Source: Camelus ferus
Taxonomy: Eukaryota
DNA length: 64,000 nt
Direction: 5' to 3'
NCBI RefSeq assembly: GCF_009834535.1
Contig: NC_045697.1
Location: 61,134,001-61,198,000 of the forward strand
Shown here: piece by piece, positions 1 to 13,499 of the stretch
Numbering within the stretch: position 1 is the stretch's first letter
Layout of the letters: the number at the start of each line of letters is the position of its first letter
The notes under the pieces: model-generated
Seen by the model: only the letters and a program-made list of their open reading frames with translations
The model's database searches: none
Told to the model about the DNA's origin: nothing
Position numbers and translations under genes: made by a program

Positions 1-25
1 TCACTCACCTCCACCCTTCTGTTAC

Positions 26-278
26 TGTATTGACCTGAAACAAAGGGACCGCTGGACATTTATCCAGCAAAGATGGGTTTACTGGGGCTCACTAGAGAAC
101 TGCAATTTGAGTCTGCAACCAGAGGAAACGAAGAGTCCAAGGCTTTTACTGAGTCTTTGCCGAGAAAGAAGAGGAGTCTCGTCCTGGTGGGCTCTGCTTT
201 TGTCTCAGAGCATGAGAGCTCCCCCTTCTGGTCTCTCAATTCTATATTATTGAGATTTCTGTTTATTAATTTTTTACA
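26..278 (-). mobile_element. Short/deleted ERV1-type LTR (MER34/MER39-like)
   Basis: TG at 26 and CA at 277-278. The minus strand begins TGTAAAAAATTAATAAACAGAAATC and ends AGTAAACCCATCTTTGCTGGATAAATGTCC...TTTCAGGTCAATACA, resembling MER34-group LTR ends. TSD not clear. Confidence 0.55.
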
Positions 279-2007
279 GTTGGTTATGGGGTGGGCTTCA
301 GTTGGGGCCTGTTATCTCTCAGGCATTCCCAATCCACTGGGCTTGTGGGCGAAGAGGGCCCAGCAGCCTGCGGGCAGCTCTTCCACAAAGCAAAGTCCAG
401 CTGCAAATGGAAATGTAAAGGTGCCTTAAGGATATGGGCCAAGGGCTGACTGAATCCATACAATGAGTAATCTGAAAACGCTTAATAAACAAAGGAGTCA
501 AGTGAAATAATTGTGTAGTATTAAGAGCTAGAGCTATAAAATACAAACTGGTTGTTTAATTGAAAGTTTGTTTTAAGAACTGAAGAAAAAATGTTCTTAT
601 GCAATGATGCCTGCTCATTTTGATTTAGGAAATAACGATTTAAACAAAGTTTTATTTCTCACCAGATTTTAATTTATAAATTTTCTCAAATAATATTTAT
701 GTATCAATTATTCAGTTCAAAAGACTGTACATTTTCAATGTCTCAATCTTACCAAAAAAAAAGGGAATATTATTTCTCATACTCTTCTTTTTCAAGCCCT
801 TACATCTTTGAAACTAAACTGTGAGCTTGTGTTTCTGTAACTCGGGTTAAACACACAGGTTTGGGAGTCAAAGACTCCTGTGTGCCCGACTTTAAAACTT
901 AGACGGGATGCAGCATATCCCTTCTAAACTATGAAAAGATGTGTCTCTGAAGTACATGTTTCCTAGTGAAATTAAATTCTATAAATATTGAGCAACCAGC
1001 ACACACAAAGCACAGTGTTCCAGATTGCTCCATCAGCACTAAAAGATCATGAGACTACCATTCCTCACCTCTCTCCAGCTGGTACTGTGGGGGCTGTGAA
1101 CTCTGAGAGCAGCCTTTGACACATCTTTCTTGCAGATCTAATGCTGGATATTGCAATACTTTGAATGGATTAGGAAGCAGGTATCCTTTTCTTGGAAAGC
1201 ATAATATTATTATTTCAATGCAACTTCACTAAGGTATAGGATTTATATAGCTTAGTTCTTTTATAAAGTTCAATAGAATGTTAATAGCCACAAAGTATAG
1301 GGATCTGGGATTTAAGATTTCATTATAATGGGAACAAATGGCATGCAGGCAACCCCAAGAGTCCTGTTCAGTTTTGCAATGCTTGGCATACCTTACAGAC
1401 GGCTTCCAGGAACTAGTGTAGTAGAAAATTAAGGAATAGCAAAGTTATAAGCATATTGAAATTCTTTCTTCTCCGGGTTTTAAAAATATTCACTTCTTCT
1501 TTATTAAGAACCTTATGAAATTGTTGCCATAGATCTGAAACAAATTAAAACCAAAACTTACCTAATCTCTGTTATATTCTTAAAGTTTTTCAAAGTGATA
1601 GATAAATACTACAGAATAAGTACTAAAAAAAAAAGAGAGAATATAAGAATAAGCCTAGAAAATATTGCAAGGTTCCCAGTCTAGCTGATAATGAATTATA
1701 ATTTTGAAGTCCAACTCTTCAAGGCCTACAGTAAAAGCTGAGAACATTTAATTAAAACTTGAAACAAAATTCCCCATAGAAATTGTAAAGCATCAATATA
1801 AACATACCACTGTTCCCTTGTGAGTCATAACTTTGATCCATATATCTTTGTGGACAGAAAGATGTGTAAAGCTTGTGTAAGATTATGAAATTAAATGCTT
1901 GTGCTCCTGGAATAAAATTGTCTTTGCTTCTGCCCCAGGATGAAGGCTAGGAGTCCCCAGCCCCATCTAATTTTATATTCCCTGTGAAGACCACTCGGTA
2001 GCCCTAG

Positions 2008-2299
2008 ACCAGGATCGCCCAGCAGAAACAATGGGAACCACAAATGCAAGGCTGAAATGTATTTTAAATTTTCTGATCGCCACCTCTAGAAATGTGAAAA
2101 CAGACATACAATTATTTTAAAATATATATATACTTAGACCAATCTATTCCAGAAATATAAAATATTAAGAAGATATTTATATAATTTTACATACTAGCTG
2201 TTCAAAATCATACTTACAGCACAATTCAATTTAGACTAACCACATAGCAAATGCCCAGTATCTACATGAGGCTAGTGGCTACTTTATTGGACAGCTCAA
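2008..2299. mobile_element. MER33-like hAT-Charlie DNA transposon
   Basis: Contains tacttacagcacaattcaatttagactaaccaca...gctagtggctactttattggacagc, matching the MER33/MER3 terminal region. Degenerate; ends approximate. Confidence 0.75.
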
Positions 2300-2439
2300 T
2301 TCTACACCCGTATCTTTGGCTGCCAGCCTGATATGGCCACCTGCATGAAGCATGGACATATCAAACCAAACAGGTGTCAAACCTACACATACACACTATA
2401 CATAAAAGTCCATATACATATTCCTGCTCCTCCATTGGT

Positions 2440-3541
2440 ATTCAACATTATGATAAATGGTTGTCTATCTCTAGGTCCATTCTCCACTCCCTCCTGCTCC
2501 TGGCTTGATTCTGTCAGCCTTTGACACCAATGGGAATAAGCAGGAGGAAATAGAGGAGGGTCAGTGTGTCTATTGCCCCCACCCCCATCATTCCTTGGCA
2601 GCCTGCACTTTGACAGTGGCTGAAATCCTCTACCTAAAACAATCGTTCCTTCTTGGAGCCCATCTCATAGTTATGTTGCCGATAGATGCAACCGGTGTTC
2701 CAGGTTCTTGTCTCATCCCAGAAAGAATTCAGAGACAAGACTTAGAGGTTAAAAAAGGTAAAGTGAGGATTTATTAAAGGATGGATAGTACACTCTCAGG
2801 GGAGAGCGGGAAGGCTCAGGTGAGCAGCTGCCTTGAGTTTCCTTGGCAAGTTGGCTACATAGGGTGTAAAAATGGATGGGCAGAATATTCATTGGGGAGG
2901 GAAGGGTTTGGGGTCCTATTCCCTGATTATCATCCCAACTCCACCTTCCCAACGGGAGGAGGGATTTTTGTCCTTATTTAGTCTGGATCGGAAGTGTCAT
3001 GGCGTCAGTGCATGATGGGAACTTCTGATCTGCAAGGCTAATTTTTTGAAATGAGGGCATAATAAGCAAAAGGTTACATTCGGACACTAGAAATTCCTGC
3101 CTTTTCTCACCTTTCTTTGTTCTTCTCCAGACCACTTGTCATCCCAAAAGGCATGATCCCTTATCAGCCCCAAGGTTCCTGCTTTTCTTTCTCTGCCCAA
3201 GGATCCCTGCTGCTTACATGATGTGTGGTTTCCTGCATTTGGCCTGTGCCCCTCCTTTCTGCCCAATTTCTGCCATTTGGTCTGTGTCCCCCTTTCTCTG
3301 CTCATATCTAGCTATCTGCCTGCTCTGACAGTTAGCGCTCTTGCTAGGTTTAACAGCACCACCATTTTTCCTTACCCTTCAAGGGTACTGACATTCCATG
3401 GTGCTAGTGCCTGCATGCTTTACCATCTCTTGTTGGATTCTTTAGCTTTGTCCACATCCTTGTAAATAGCTTCTTTATTACACTCTCTGCAACTAATCCT
3501 TTGCATGTACCACTTGTTTTTTATTGTTACCCTAATTGATA
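2440..3541 (+). mobile_element. Old ERVL LTR (LTR33-like), split by a younger ERV1 LTR
   Basis: Sequence either side of 2674-3330 joins into an LTR33-like element ending ...tgtaaatagcttctttattacactctct...accctaattgatata. Left end approximate. Confidence 0.55.
2674..3330 (-). mobile_element. Young ERV1-class solo LTR
   Basis: TG...CA termini with a perfect 4-bp TSD GTTA (2670-2673, 3331-3334). Minus-strand AATAAA near 2770. Several CpGs retained. Confidence 0.9.
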
Positions 3542-3884
3542 TAATGGTACAGTAATTTACCTAATATTACTCATGCCATAAAACTAGTATCATTTTTACC
3601 TCATCTCTGCCAAATTAGCATTCTATTTGGTCATTAATGCCTTTCTCCTATTACTGTCCATATTTTCATCTTGGACCCAGCCACTTTCTAATATAATCTG
3701 TCAAAATCTTCTTTTGTCTCTGCCTTAACTAAAAACAGGATGGATTTTCCCTTAAGATACCAGTTTTCTTTCATCTACTCTTTTTTTCTCATATCTCATA
3801 TTCATCAAAGGACTAGAAGGCAAAGTCCACATTTTAATTTTTCAATTACCATTTTATTCATCATTCTTTGATTTATTCTTCCAG

Positions 3885-4020
3885 CTTTCATTCAGCAGAT
3901 ATTTCTTGAGCACTAACTATATGTCAGGCAGATTTTAAGAATAAGGAGAAGTCAATGACAAATTATGTGTAAAATTCTCTGCTTTCATGATCTTATATCC
4001 TGCTAGGGAAGACAGTTAAT
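3885..4020. mobile_element. L2 3'-end fragment
   Basis: ttcattcagcagatatttcttgagcactaactatatgtcaggca...ctctgctttcatgatcttatatcctgctagggaagacag is typical of the L2 3' end. Confidence 0.65.
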
Positions 4021-4730
4021 GAGATAAAGAAGTATAGTATATATTTTGTTAAATAGTGAAATTGCTACTTGCACATTATGTCTCTTCAGCAATTGTGCAT
4101 GAAATTCCTCTTTTGACTTACTTCACCTAAATAATCATTTAAGAATTTCTGACAAGTTTACCCTATCACTTTCCATGACAGTTTTGCCCTTGGACTCATA
4201 GTCTTCATCTTCCTGCTCCAACTATTATTCTCAGTATTGTCCATATTAATGTGTGGAAACTGACACACACTCCACACTCAGAGTTCTTTGACCTTCTTTA
4301 AACCCCCACTCTAGTTCAATCCCTCTGTGACAACCAAACTTCGTGGGTACATTTAGTACATCACAGAAGCACAAAGTCCACGTCTGATATGTTCATATAA
4401 CATAACACCCTCTTACCTAAACTATCATCATTCTAGTACATGAACAGCCTTATTGTCAGTATACTATTCTTTACAACCCAAACTTTAGAACCTCTAAATT
4501 CCTGTGGGACATTCGCCACATATTTTTTTTTCTTCTTTCTCTGTCCAGCATGGGCTGCATATTTCCCTTTGCAAACTTTCTAGCTGGCACTTTTATCAAT
4601 CCCAGCACCACAGTGTAAACTTCTAAACCTTAATGAATCCAGGTTAAGTGTTTTCTTTGCCTCTACAACCAGATTTACACACACACAGATATACACAGAT
4701 ACAACTGCAACCACAATCCTGCATATTTAT

Positions 4731-5414
4731 TGTTAACTGAAATTTCATAAATGGATACCTGACTGAAATAAAGAGGCATCTGTTTGAGGTTTATTAAGAC
4801 AACAGCCTAAGAGTTACCAATTCAAGAAGCACTTGAATTGGGTTTTCCTGGACTACAAAATAGAGGAAGCTTGTAAAGGCAAAAACCACAAGGCTGCAGT
4901 TAGTTATATGAGTTGTTTATCAAGAATTATACTTAGGGTAATTATAGGGGTAAGGGCATTAAGAGGTACAAATTATTATGTATAAAATAAGCAATGAAGA
5001 TATATTGTACAACACAGGGAATATAGCCAATATTTTATAACTATAAACGGAGTATAACTTTTAAGAGTTGTGAATCACTATAATGTGCACCTGCAACTTA
5101 TATAATAATTGTACATCAACTCTGCATCAATTTAAAAAAGAATTATAATTAAAGCTGGCAAGAAGTAAGAGTGCTTGTTAGGCAAGGATTGGTTGGGGTC
5201 TGAAATGGTTGCATAGTTACAAGGGTAACAACCTTGAGATCATGAGGTTGCAGCTAGCAGGTGTTGTTTTAAAAATGGCTGGTGTCCTTGGACTGGGTAC
5301 AATTCACAGAAGGTACAGGGATGTGTACCAGAGGGATGTGAGATCAGATCCTCAACAGCCGCCTGACTCCTTTCTGCGTGCCTCAACTGTGATGCCTCCA
5401 TTGTGATTCCAACA
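4731..5414 (-). mobile_element. ERV1-type solo LTR interrupted by an L1 tail
   Basis: Starts tgttaactga and ends ttccaaca. Minus-strand AATAAA near 4790. LTR-like sequence resumes after the L1 insert. TSD imperfect. Confidence 0.6.
4936..5137 (+). mobile_element. 5'-truncated L1 3' end (L1_Art-like)
   Basis: gatatattgtacaacacagggaatatagccaatattttata...tgtacatcaactctgcatcaatttaaaaaa. Flanked by a 14-bp TSD with one mismatch: aagaattatactta (4922-4935) and aagaattataatta (5138-5151). Confidence 0.85.
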
Positions 5415-6049
5415 TATCATCATTATCCATCACAAACGTAATTTTGCCTGTTTGTTTTTCTAAGTCTTTTGAGTTGACACATGAAATATTCAAGCAGTTA
5501 CTGCTTTTTATTCAAGTCTCATAACTCTCATAATCCCCCTTGCTCACTGCTGACAATGACTCTCTACCCAAGAGGAACTGACGTTAATGTGCATAAACTG
5601 CCCTATTTCTGCCCTGCAGACCTCATGCCCACATTTACCTACTCATCTTCTGTCTCTAAGGAAAAGTGCCAGTGGCTACTTCATCATTGTTCTTCCTAGA
5701 TCCCCATTATTCCGTTTCTTTTCTTCTCCTTTACATCTTTCTTTTCCTTCAAATTACCCATTCTCTCTCCTCTGACTTTCTAGTGGACCTTATGCTCAGC
5801 AGATAACAGAACTCAAGGTTGTTCCATTAAAATATAAACAGAACATATGGAAGTAAATAAATCACATAAGAAAAGAACATAAATAACTTCTTAGGTCTCA
5901 TTTTTTTCCATTTCATATTTCTGGAACTCACTAGTAACCCAAAAAAAGATGGGGGAGGAGTTTGAGGAATCAATCCAAGGTAGTAGTAAAAACTCTTCTT
6001 TTTTTATGATTGTCCAGGTAACAGTCTGGAGCCATACAAGCTAGCAACA

Positions 6050-6230
6050 AATTCCAGCTCCATCACTCACTGTTGTGTAAAACTGGGGAGAAGTTGCCTA
6101 ATTTCTCTAGACTTTCTCCTGGTCTTCTTCTCATAAAATAGGAAGAAAATAGAAGCTAAAGAATTATTCACTATATTAAATATGTAGGGCAATATATATC
6201 ACAGCTCAGCAATCAATGAATGTCATCTAG
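6050..6230 (+). mobile_element. MIR fragment
   Basis: attccagctccatcactcactgttgtgtaaaactggggagaagttgcctaatttctct resembles the MIR core. Confidence 0.5.
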
Positions 6231-7633
6231 CATCATTTTCACTTTTGCCACCCAGAGAAAGTATTATTGAATACTGTCATAGCATTCATGACATTTGAGA
6301 AAATAGTCTGGCAGACTCCCTCTTTCTGAATTTTCTAAACTAACGTATTACATTAAATAACTACTTACCATTTCGTCCATACACCTATTAATTCAATGTC
6401 AATAGCAAGATTTTTATTTAAAAAAAAGATACAAGTTTAAGTTGGACATATTTTCTAAAATTAAATGCCATAGGTTGTGTCCAAAATTGCCTAATGGTAA
6501 GCTCGTGATTTCGTGTTTAGATTTAGTAATCAGTGGTACTCAATCCCTATTATTAAAGGTGACATAAAGACAACTTTGATTTGCCTTGTAAGAATTTCTC
6601 AGTCAGAGAGAATACTGCAAAGCATCTAGAAGCAACACACTTATTTCCAGTGATTGATAGATAAAAAGACAGGTGATAGGAATTACCTTGAGGCACTAGT
6701 TTATTTAAAACATATCATTGTAGTTGGCATGACCTTGGAAGGCTAGGAATGGTGGTTCCTCCAGGTGTGTAATCAACTAGGAAACAGGAGCTTAAAATGT
6801 TCTCTTGGCAAGTGTCACTTCTGCCGTACCTCTCTGATGAGTTTCACATACAGTGTCACGAGAGGAAGTGAGAAGCCCCTGAGAGGCCTGATTAATCACA
6901 TAACAATAAATGTATATACTTAAACATATTTTGTGGATTCGGTGGGAACTATGAAGGTTTGTGATTTATATAAGGGATTCAAAAGCCCTCCATGCAATGA
7001 CTTAAGTTAATCAGATCAGAATTGGGGAAAACATGCAGCCAAAAGAAATACAGAGAAGTATCTTTATGATGACAAAGTAAGATGTGAGAAAATAGAAACA
7101 GATGAATGAATCTTCAGAGAAAAAGCATTTCTTGTGGTAAAGAGTGGGACCTGCCTAAAGGCATGAGAGTGATAATTTGGAGATCTGAAGTAGTTAATTT
7201 TGGAGACAAGGAAAAGTACCAGAATCTTCCCTAAGACACTTCCATCAGAACTTTATTAAATATGTTACATTCATACACACTTGTAAAATGATGATGTGGA
7301 GAATGAAGAAATGGGGCTGTGGCTTTTTCAGTATCAGTCAAAAGGACAAACAGGATGGCAGTGTCATTACCAGGGCAGGGCAGCAGTTTCCTCACAGATC
7401 CCTGTGTTATTGAAGAGTGAAGCTAGCTGAGGCCAACAGAAGATCCAGGATTTTTGGAAAGCATATGTCATCGCAAGAAATATTTGATAAAATGACCCAT
7501 TAAAAAAAGAAGGCTAGTTGTTGGTAACACATGTATTCTGTCAATAAGCCTTTGATTATTTAAGGCTTTGTGGAACATGCCTTTGGAACAATGCTAGGCA
7601 GAGGATACAGAGAAGAAAAACGTAAACTCTTCA

Positions 7634-8126
7634 AGTGGTAAATAGAATAATGCCCCCCATCAAAGATGTTCACAGCCTAATTCCCAGAACTTCTGAATAG
7701 GTTACCTTGCATGGCAAAAGAGACTTTGCCGATTTGATTAAAATCATAATCTTGAGATGGGGAGATTATCTTGAATTATTCAGGTGGGCCCGATGTAATC
7801 ACAAGGACCTTATAAACCAAAGAGGGAGGCAGGAGAGACACAGTCAGAAAGACATGATGACAGAAGCAGAAGTTGGGGTGATGTGCTTTGAAAATGAAGG
7901 AAGGGATCATAAGCCACGACATGCAGGAGCCCTCTAGAAGACGGAAAAGTCAAGAAAACAGATTTTTCTCTAGACGCTCCAGAAGGAAGCAAGCCTGCCA
8001 AAAATGTTTATTTTAACCTATAAGATTAGACTTCTGACCTCCAGAACTGTTAAGATAATAAATTTGTGTTATTTTAAGCCACTAAATTTGTGGTAAATTG
8101 TTATAGCAGCAATATGAAAGTAAGAA
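7634..8126 (+). mobile_element. MaLR solo LTR (MLT1D-like)
   Basis: agaataatgccccc...aaagatgttcacagcctaattcccagaac...ggcaaaagagactttgc...ttctgacctccagaactgttaagataataaatttgtgttattttaagccactaaatttgtggt...atagcagcaata, near full length. Confidence 0.85.
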
Positions 8127-8499
8127 ACTGCTAAAAGAAATATATAGTCAATATATAATATAGACAAGTTATTCAGTAATTACAATAGAATATCAAGAGT
8201 GTTATAGAGTATTTTAGACACTAATGGCAGTCCAGAAAAGAGGCATCAAATGCTCATTGATTATGGAAGACTTTCTGGATAAGCAGTTATTGTTAATTCT
8301 GGACTGTGAGTAGAAATTCACCAATATCCTTAGCCAATACCACTTCCAGTTTTTCAGTCATACCACTCCCAAAGCCATCTTCCTAAAATATAAATCTGAT
8401 CACATATTCCCACACTTATCCTTCAGTAGATTTCCATTGCCTACAGTGGGAGATAATTTTAAAAATTACCCTCCATTTATCTCTCTAATCTCTCATTTT

Positions 8500-9660
8500 A
8501 CTATAAACAACAGGGGAAAAAAAGAAAGACAAAAACAAAAACAGGCACCACTTTCAACACTTTGTTTGGAAATCTCCTTTGCTATATAATCAATTTCACC
8601 ACTTATCACTTCTGCTTTGCACCTAAGTGTAGGAGACATTCTCCTTAGGTTGTATGCCACTATGAAATAAAAATCCCATGGCCTCCAGTTTCCAATAACA
8701 TGTTCCTTCTGAGCCCTTAATATAGCAAACCACAGTCCAGACTTCCACTAACAGCCTTTTCAGAGTGACTCAGGCTTTCTCTACAGTGCTCCTGAAATGC
8801 CTTCAAGCCTCCATTCATCAGCAAGTTTCAAAGCCACCCCTGCAATTTTAGATATTTGTTACAGAAGCATCCTGTCCTGATACAAAAACTGGTATCAGTT
8901 TACTATTGTTTAGTAATAAGTTTACTCCAATTTAGTGGCTTAAAGCAACACACATTTCTCATCACACAGATTCTGTGTGCCATTATCTATCAAGGCTTAA
9001 CTGCATTCTCTGCTAAGGATCTCCCAAGGCTACATCAAGTGTGAGGATGTGCTCCCATCTGAAGGCTGGACTGAAAAAACACCTGCTTTCAAACATTTAA
9101 ATTCATTTCCTTTCAGCTGGCTGGGGGCTAGAGGCTGCTCTCAGGTTTTTGAGGTCACCAACAGTCACAAACCTTGTGGACATTCTCAACAAGGACACTT
9201 ACCTTGCCAAGCAAATGAGAAGAATTTCATGCTCCCATCTGTTAAAATAAAGATTTAGGGATAAATTAGGAGTTTGAGATTTGCATATACTAACATATAT
9301 AAAATAGATAAACAGTAAGCTCACACTGTATAGCACAAGGAACTACAATCAATATCTTGTAGTAACCTATGGTGAAAAAGAATATGAAAATGAATATATG
9401 TATATTCATGTATGACTGAAGCATTGTGCTATACAACAGAAACTGACACAACATTGTAAACTGACTATACTTCAATTAAAATATATATATATTGAAAAAA
9501 ATGATTTATATAACAGAATGTAATCCTGGGGATAACATTCCATCACCTTTCCTATATTCTATTGCTTATTCTATTGCGTGGAAGCCACAGATTTTCCCCA
9601 CAATCAATTATACCACATGTCCATACTACAGGGTGAGAAGTCTTAACTCTGTCCATCACA
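8500..9660 (-). mobile_element. MaLR (MLT1) internal fragment plus adjoining LTR, interrupted by an L1 tail
   Basis: Internal-region motif ccagtttccaataacatgttcc (about 8686) runs into LTR motif tttagtggcttaaagcaacacacattt (about 8931). Boundaries approximate. Confidence 0.6.
9258..9500 (+). mobile_element. Lineage-specific L1 3' end (camelid type)
   Basis: gggataaattaggagtttgagatttgca...actgtatagcacaaggaacta...acattgtaaactgactatacttcaat followed by an A-rich tail. Closely similar to 36310-36560. Confidence 0.85.
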
Positions 9661-12336
9661 GATAATATCCAACTTCTTCTGTCTAGTAATATAAACATTC
9701 ATAATGTATCCTTGGATTGGCTTTCCTTTAAGAATCAAGGAAATGATTCCCTATCTTATTGTTTTTTTTAACTACCACAATATTGTCTAACTTACAGGTC
9801 CTCAATATTGTCGCTTATAATTCAGGTGTTAAATAAGTGAGAGTGTATTCTTTGGTGGCAAGGTAGTGTGGATTATGAATTAAAACTATCAGAACTATTA
9901 TGAGGATTGCTGACTTGTCTATAGCTCTTTTTTTTCTTATATACTGTGAGCCAAACCATTTAAACTCTCTAAGCCTAAGTTTCTTCAGCAGTAGAATCAG
10001 GATAATAATCATCAATGCCATGAGAAGCTATGTATATATGTATAATGTATGTACATGTATCAATACACGTACCTTTTGTAAACTTGAAAGTTCTGTGCGT
10101 ATACTGATTCAGATAATATTGGTAATCATGGTATTAATTATAAGGTATGACCTGTGAATATTGTCTCATTTGCTGAAGTTTGGAAATTCTAAAAGACAAA
10201 CTAGGTAAGTGTTTTGTTTCATTATTTTTTTTTATCATTATTACTTTGCCTCATTACTTTTCAAAAAGATTTCTTTCAGCAAGCACCTATTTTATACAAA
10301 CCTATTTCATCTAAATACAATGCCTCCTCTGAGGCTTTTACCAAACATTCTTTGGTTTTCTCTCATTTCCTCTTAAACATGCAGTAATATTAATGGCCCC
10401 TAGTCTCTCTAAATGGTAGTTTACTTTAATAGAACTAGTTTATAGACACTCAAATAAAAATAATTATTCCTTTATCAGTCTTGCAGTTCAATCTTACCGT
10501 CAGTCTTTATGTGTTTTGTTTAATCATTAGTTATATCCTTTGCCTTAGCACAGACTTTTTACTTCTTTTCAACTCAAGCCCATTCTCAGGTGTTAAAATC
10601 TCTAAGAATATTTAGGTTATAGGACTGTAGGTTTTAACTGTCTTCATCTTTCCATTATATTATTATACTTAAAGATGATAATGATAATAATTATATATGG
10701 ATACTTATAAATATGTATCTTTACTTTTTATTTTAAGAGGTGCTATATTTGAAAGAATTATCACAGCAGAAATAATTCCAGATGACACAAAACCAGATTT
10801 TTATTGTCACACAGAATAAATCAATTGGTTTATAATGGATGAAATATATATTATAATATAATGAAATTTTAGCCTTCTGAGAAAGTAAAACTTTTAAGAA
10901 CATGAAAAGGTACAACTCCGGAGGGGGAAGTATTTTTATCCACATTAATGGATTTTCCGAAAGCAATATCTGAAGTAACTTTCAAACATCTTTTATAGCC
11001 ATGAACAGCTTATTTTTATAACAAAATGAAAAATATGACTGTGGATTTCTTGTTTGTTTAATTGAAATGTATAGTCAGTTCCCTTTGAAAGCCTTAATTT
11101 TGATCTTTCTAAATGCACAATTTCATTCCTGTGTTAAATAGGAATTCTCATCATTTATTTAATATTCTAATTTTGCTATTTCTTCTCATTATTATATTTA
11201 GCCCTGAAACCTACTTAAAGCATAAATTTATATAAATAGTAGAAGTAACATTACTTTCTCTCTTTATATTTATTTTCAGATTTGAAAGACAGCAAAGAAA
11301 AGTGTAGACTTTTGATACTCTTACATGAAAGTCACTGACCTCTCTAAGAATTACTAAGGAGGAATGACAAGATAAAGAACTGGTAAATATTTAGATTCCA
11401 ACCTTTTTCAATTCTTAGCCATTAAGGTAAGTGTTTTTTAAAGAGTGTTTGACAAATGTTTTTAAATTATATTGCCCTTCTTAGATACTGTAATGATTAT
11501 TGATGACTTTTGGCTCTCTTCAAATGGTGGGGAATTCTTCACATTAAAGCTTTAATCATAATGTTTCAAATACTTTCACAAACCTTTTTCTGTTGTTTAA
11601 CATTCATGGGACACCTGTAACCTTGAGGCAGCTAAGAAATCAGTTCACCTGCAAGACAGGAAATGAATCAGATAATAGGACAGCTACAAATAAAATGGTG
11701 GGCTCAAAACAGAAGTAGGAACAATCAGCTAATTATTCCACTTAACAGTGTTTCTCAGTATTTATTAGCAGATATTTATTCCACAGGTATTATCAGCTAA
11801 TTGTTCCACTTATATTTTTAGCAATAAAATATCTTTGTCTATTGAGTATATTTGATTATGGAATATATCAAGTAGTGAAGCAGTAAATACGTATTTATTC
11901 AATAAATATGTGAAGAGTTGTAAATGTGCACAAATTAATGGGACAAATAGTAAGATCAGAAGTGAAAATGAATAACGTCCAGACTACATTCTCAAGGGAT
12001 GTGTAACCTAGTTTTGAAGATATCTATGCATAGTTATAATTAACATCAAAATGCAGTTAGTGTGGTAAAACAATATAAATAAAACCATTTTCGTAGTTCA
12101 AAAAGAGGAAGACACACCTTTTTTTGCCCAAGATCAGAGAAATCTTATGGAAGAAGGTGACACTCAGTTATGCCTTGCATTGTAAGAATTTTGTTCTTTT
12201 AGACAAATGTAACTGAAATCAGTCTGTGTGCCCAACGATACTGTTAAGAGTTTGTGTAAAGCAGGCAGAGAGCAAATATTTACTGAACACCTTCAGTGCA
12301 CCAAATGCTGGCTGTATTTTTTTTTCAGTTGCTTGA

Positions 12337-12390
12337 TTTTTTTTTTTAATTGAAGTATAGTCAGTTTACAATGTGCCAATTTCTGGTGTT
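12337..12390 (-). mobile_element. Very short L1 3' tail
   Basis: polyT followed by aattgaagtatagtcagtttacaatgtg, the reverse complement of the L1 terminus seen at about 9452-9478. Confidence 0.7.
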
Positions 12391-12439
12391 TTAAGCCCTT
12401 TATTAGTTTTTTGTTTGTTTGTCTTTGTTTTTGTTTTTT

Positions 12440-12975
12440 TGTGGCTTAAAAATTGTCACAAATTTGGTGTCCTAAAGCATCACAAATGTGTTACCTCATG
12501 GTTCTTTAGGTCAAAAGTCTAGCTTGGCTGGCTGGGTTTTTCTTAGGATATCACAAGGATGAAATCAAGGCGATGACCAGGCTAGGCTCTAACTTGTAGG
12601 CTCTGGGAAGACTCTTCTAAGCTTATTCAGGATATTGGTAGAATCTAGTTCCTCACAGTTGTAGATCTGAAGTTCCTGTTTCCTTGTTGCTATCAGTCAT
12701 GGGCTGCTTTCTGCTCCTAGAGGCCTGTGTATTCCCTCTCATGTGTCCCCTGCAAGTTCAAAGCAGCAACAGGGTATTGAGCCCTTCTCACGCTTCACAT
12801 CTCTGACAGCCACTTCTGCTACATCTGTTTCCTCTTCTGCCTTGGTCTTCTTCCATTATCCAGAAAAAGTTCTCTAATTAAGGGCTTATGTGATTAATTA
12901 AAGCCCATCTGGATAATTTCTCCTTTTTTCAGATAAATTGTTCTATGTAACATAACATAATCCATAATCATCACC
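12440..12975 (-). mobile_element. MaLR LTR (MLT1E/F-like)
   Basis: cacaaatttggtgtcctaaagca...atcacaaggatgaaatcaagg...aagcttattcagg...agggcttatgtgattaattaaagcccatctggataat, reverse-strand MLT1 motifs. Confidence 0.7.
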
Positions 12976-13499
12976 TTTACAGGTACTGGCAATGAGGACT
13001 TGTCTGATTCCAATGTTCAAGTTGGAAGCTCCACTGTCCATAAAATTAGCAATGTTCAAAATTGTGAGTTTTTTTTTAAACCCCATACTTATCCTAGTCA
13101 GAAACATTGCATTTATCAAGTAGACTGCTTCAAAAGAAAATTGTGGTTCTGAACTATTTTGAAATTATAAGTCCCTGACAAGAGCACATTGAAGAAATTT
13201 CATTTCCAGAGGCACATCAGGTAGAAAATGGGCACTCCAAGGGGATTCATGCTAGACCTGCCAAGGCAGCACTCTGGTGCCCAGATGAACATAGGGGCAC
13301 CTGGGATTCCCCAGACCAGACCTACTCTTTTATCCACATGGACAACTACAGCATGAACATGATACCATAAGACTAAGTAGATCACAATTTCAAGACCCCA
13401 GATGAACATAATGGCCCCATAGAATCTCTAACTAGACCCTTTTATCAACCTGGATGATTTTTGAATGGACTTGGTACCACCGGATCCAGCTGGTCCTAC

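Noticed and set aside
73..429. 118-aa ORF
   Set aside because: Mostly the antisense strand of an LTR, with no recognisable protein similarity.
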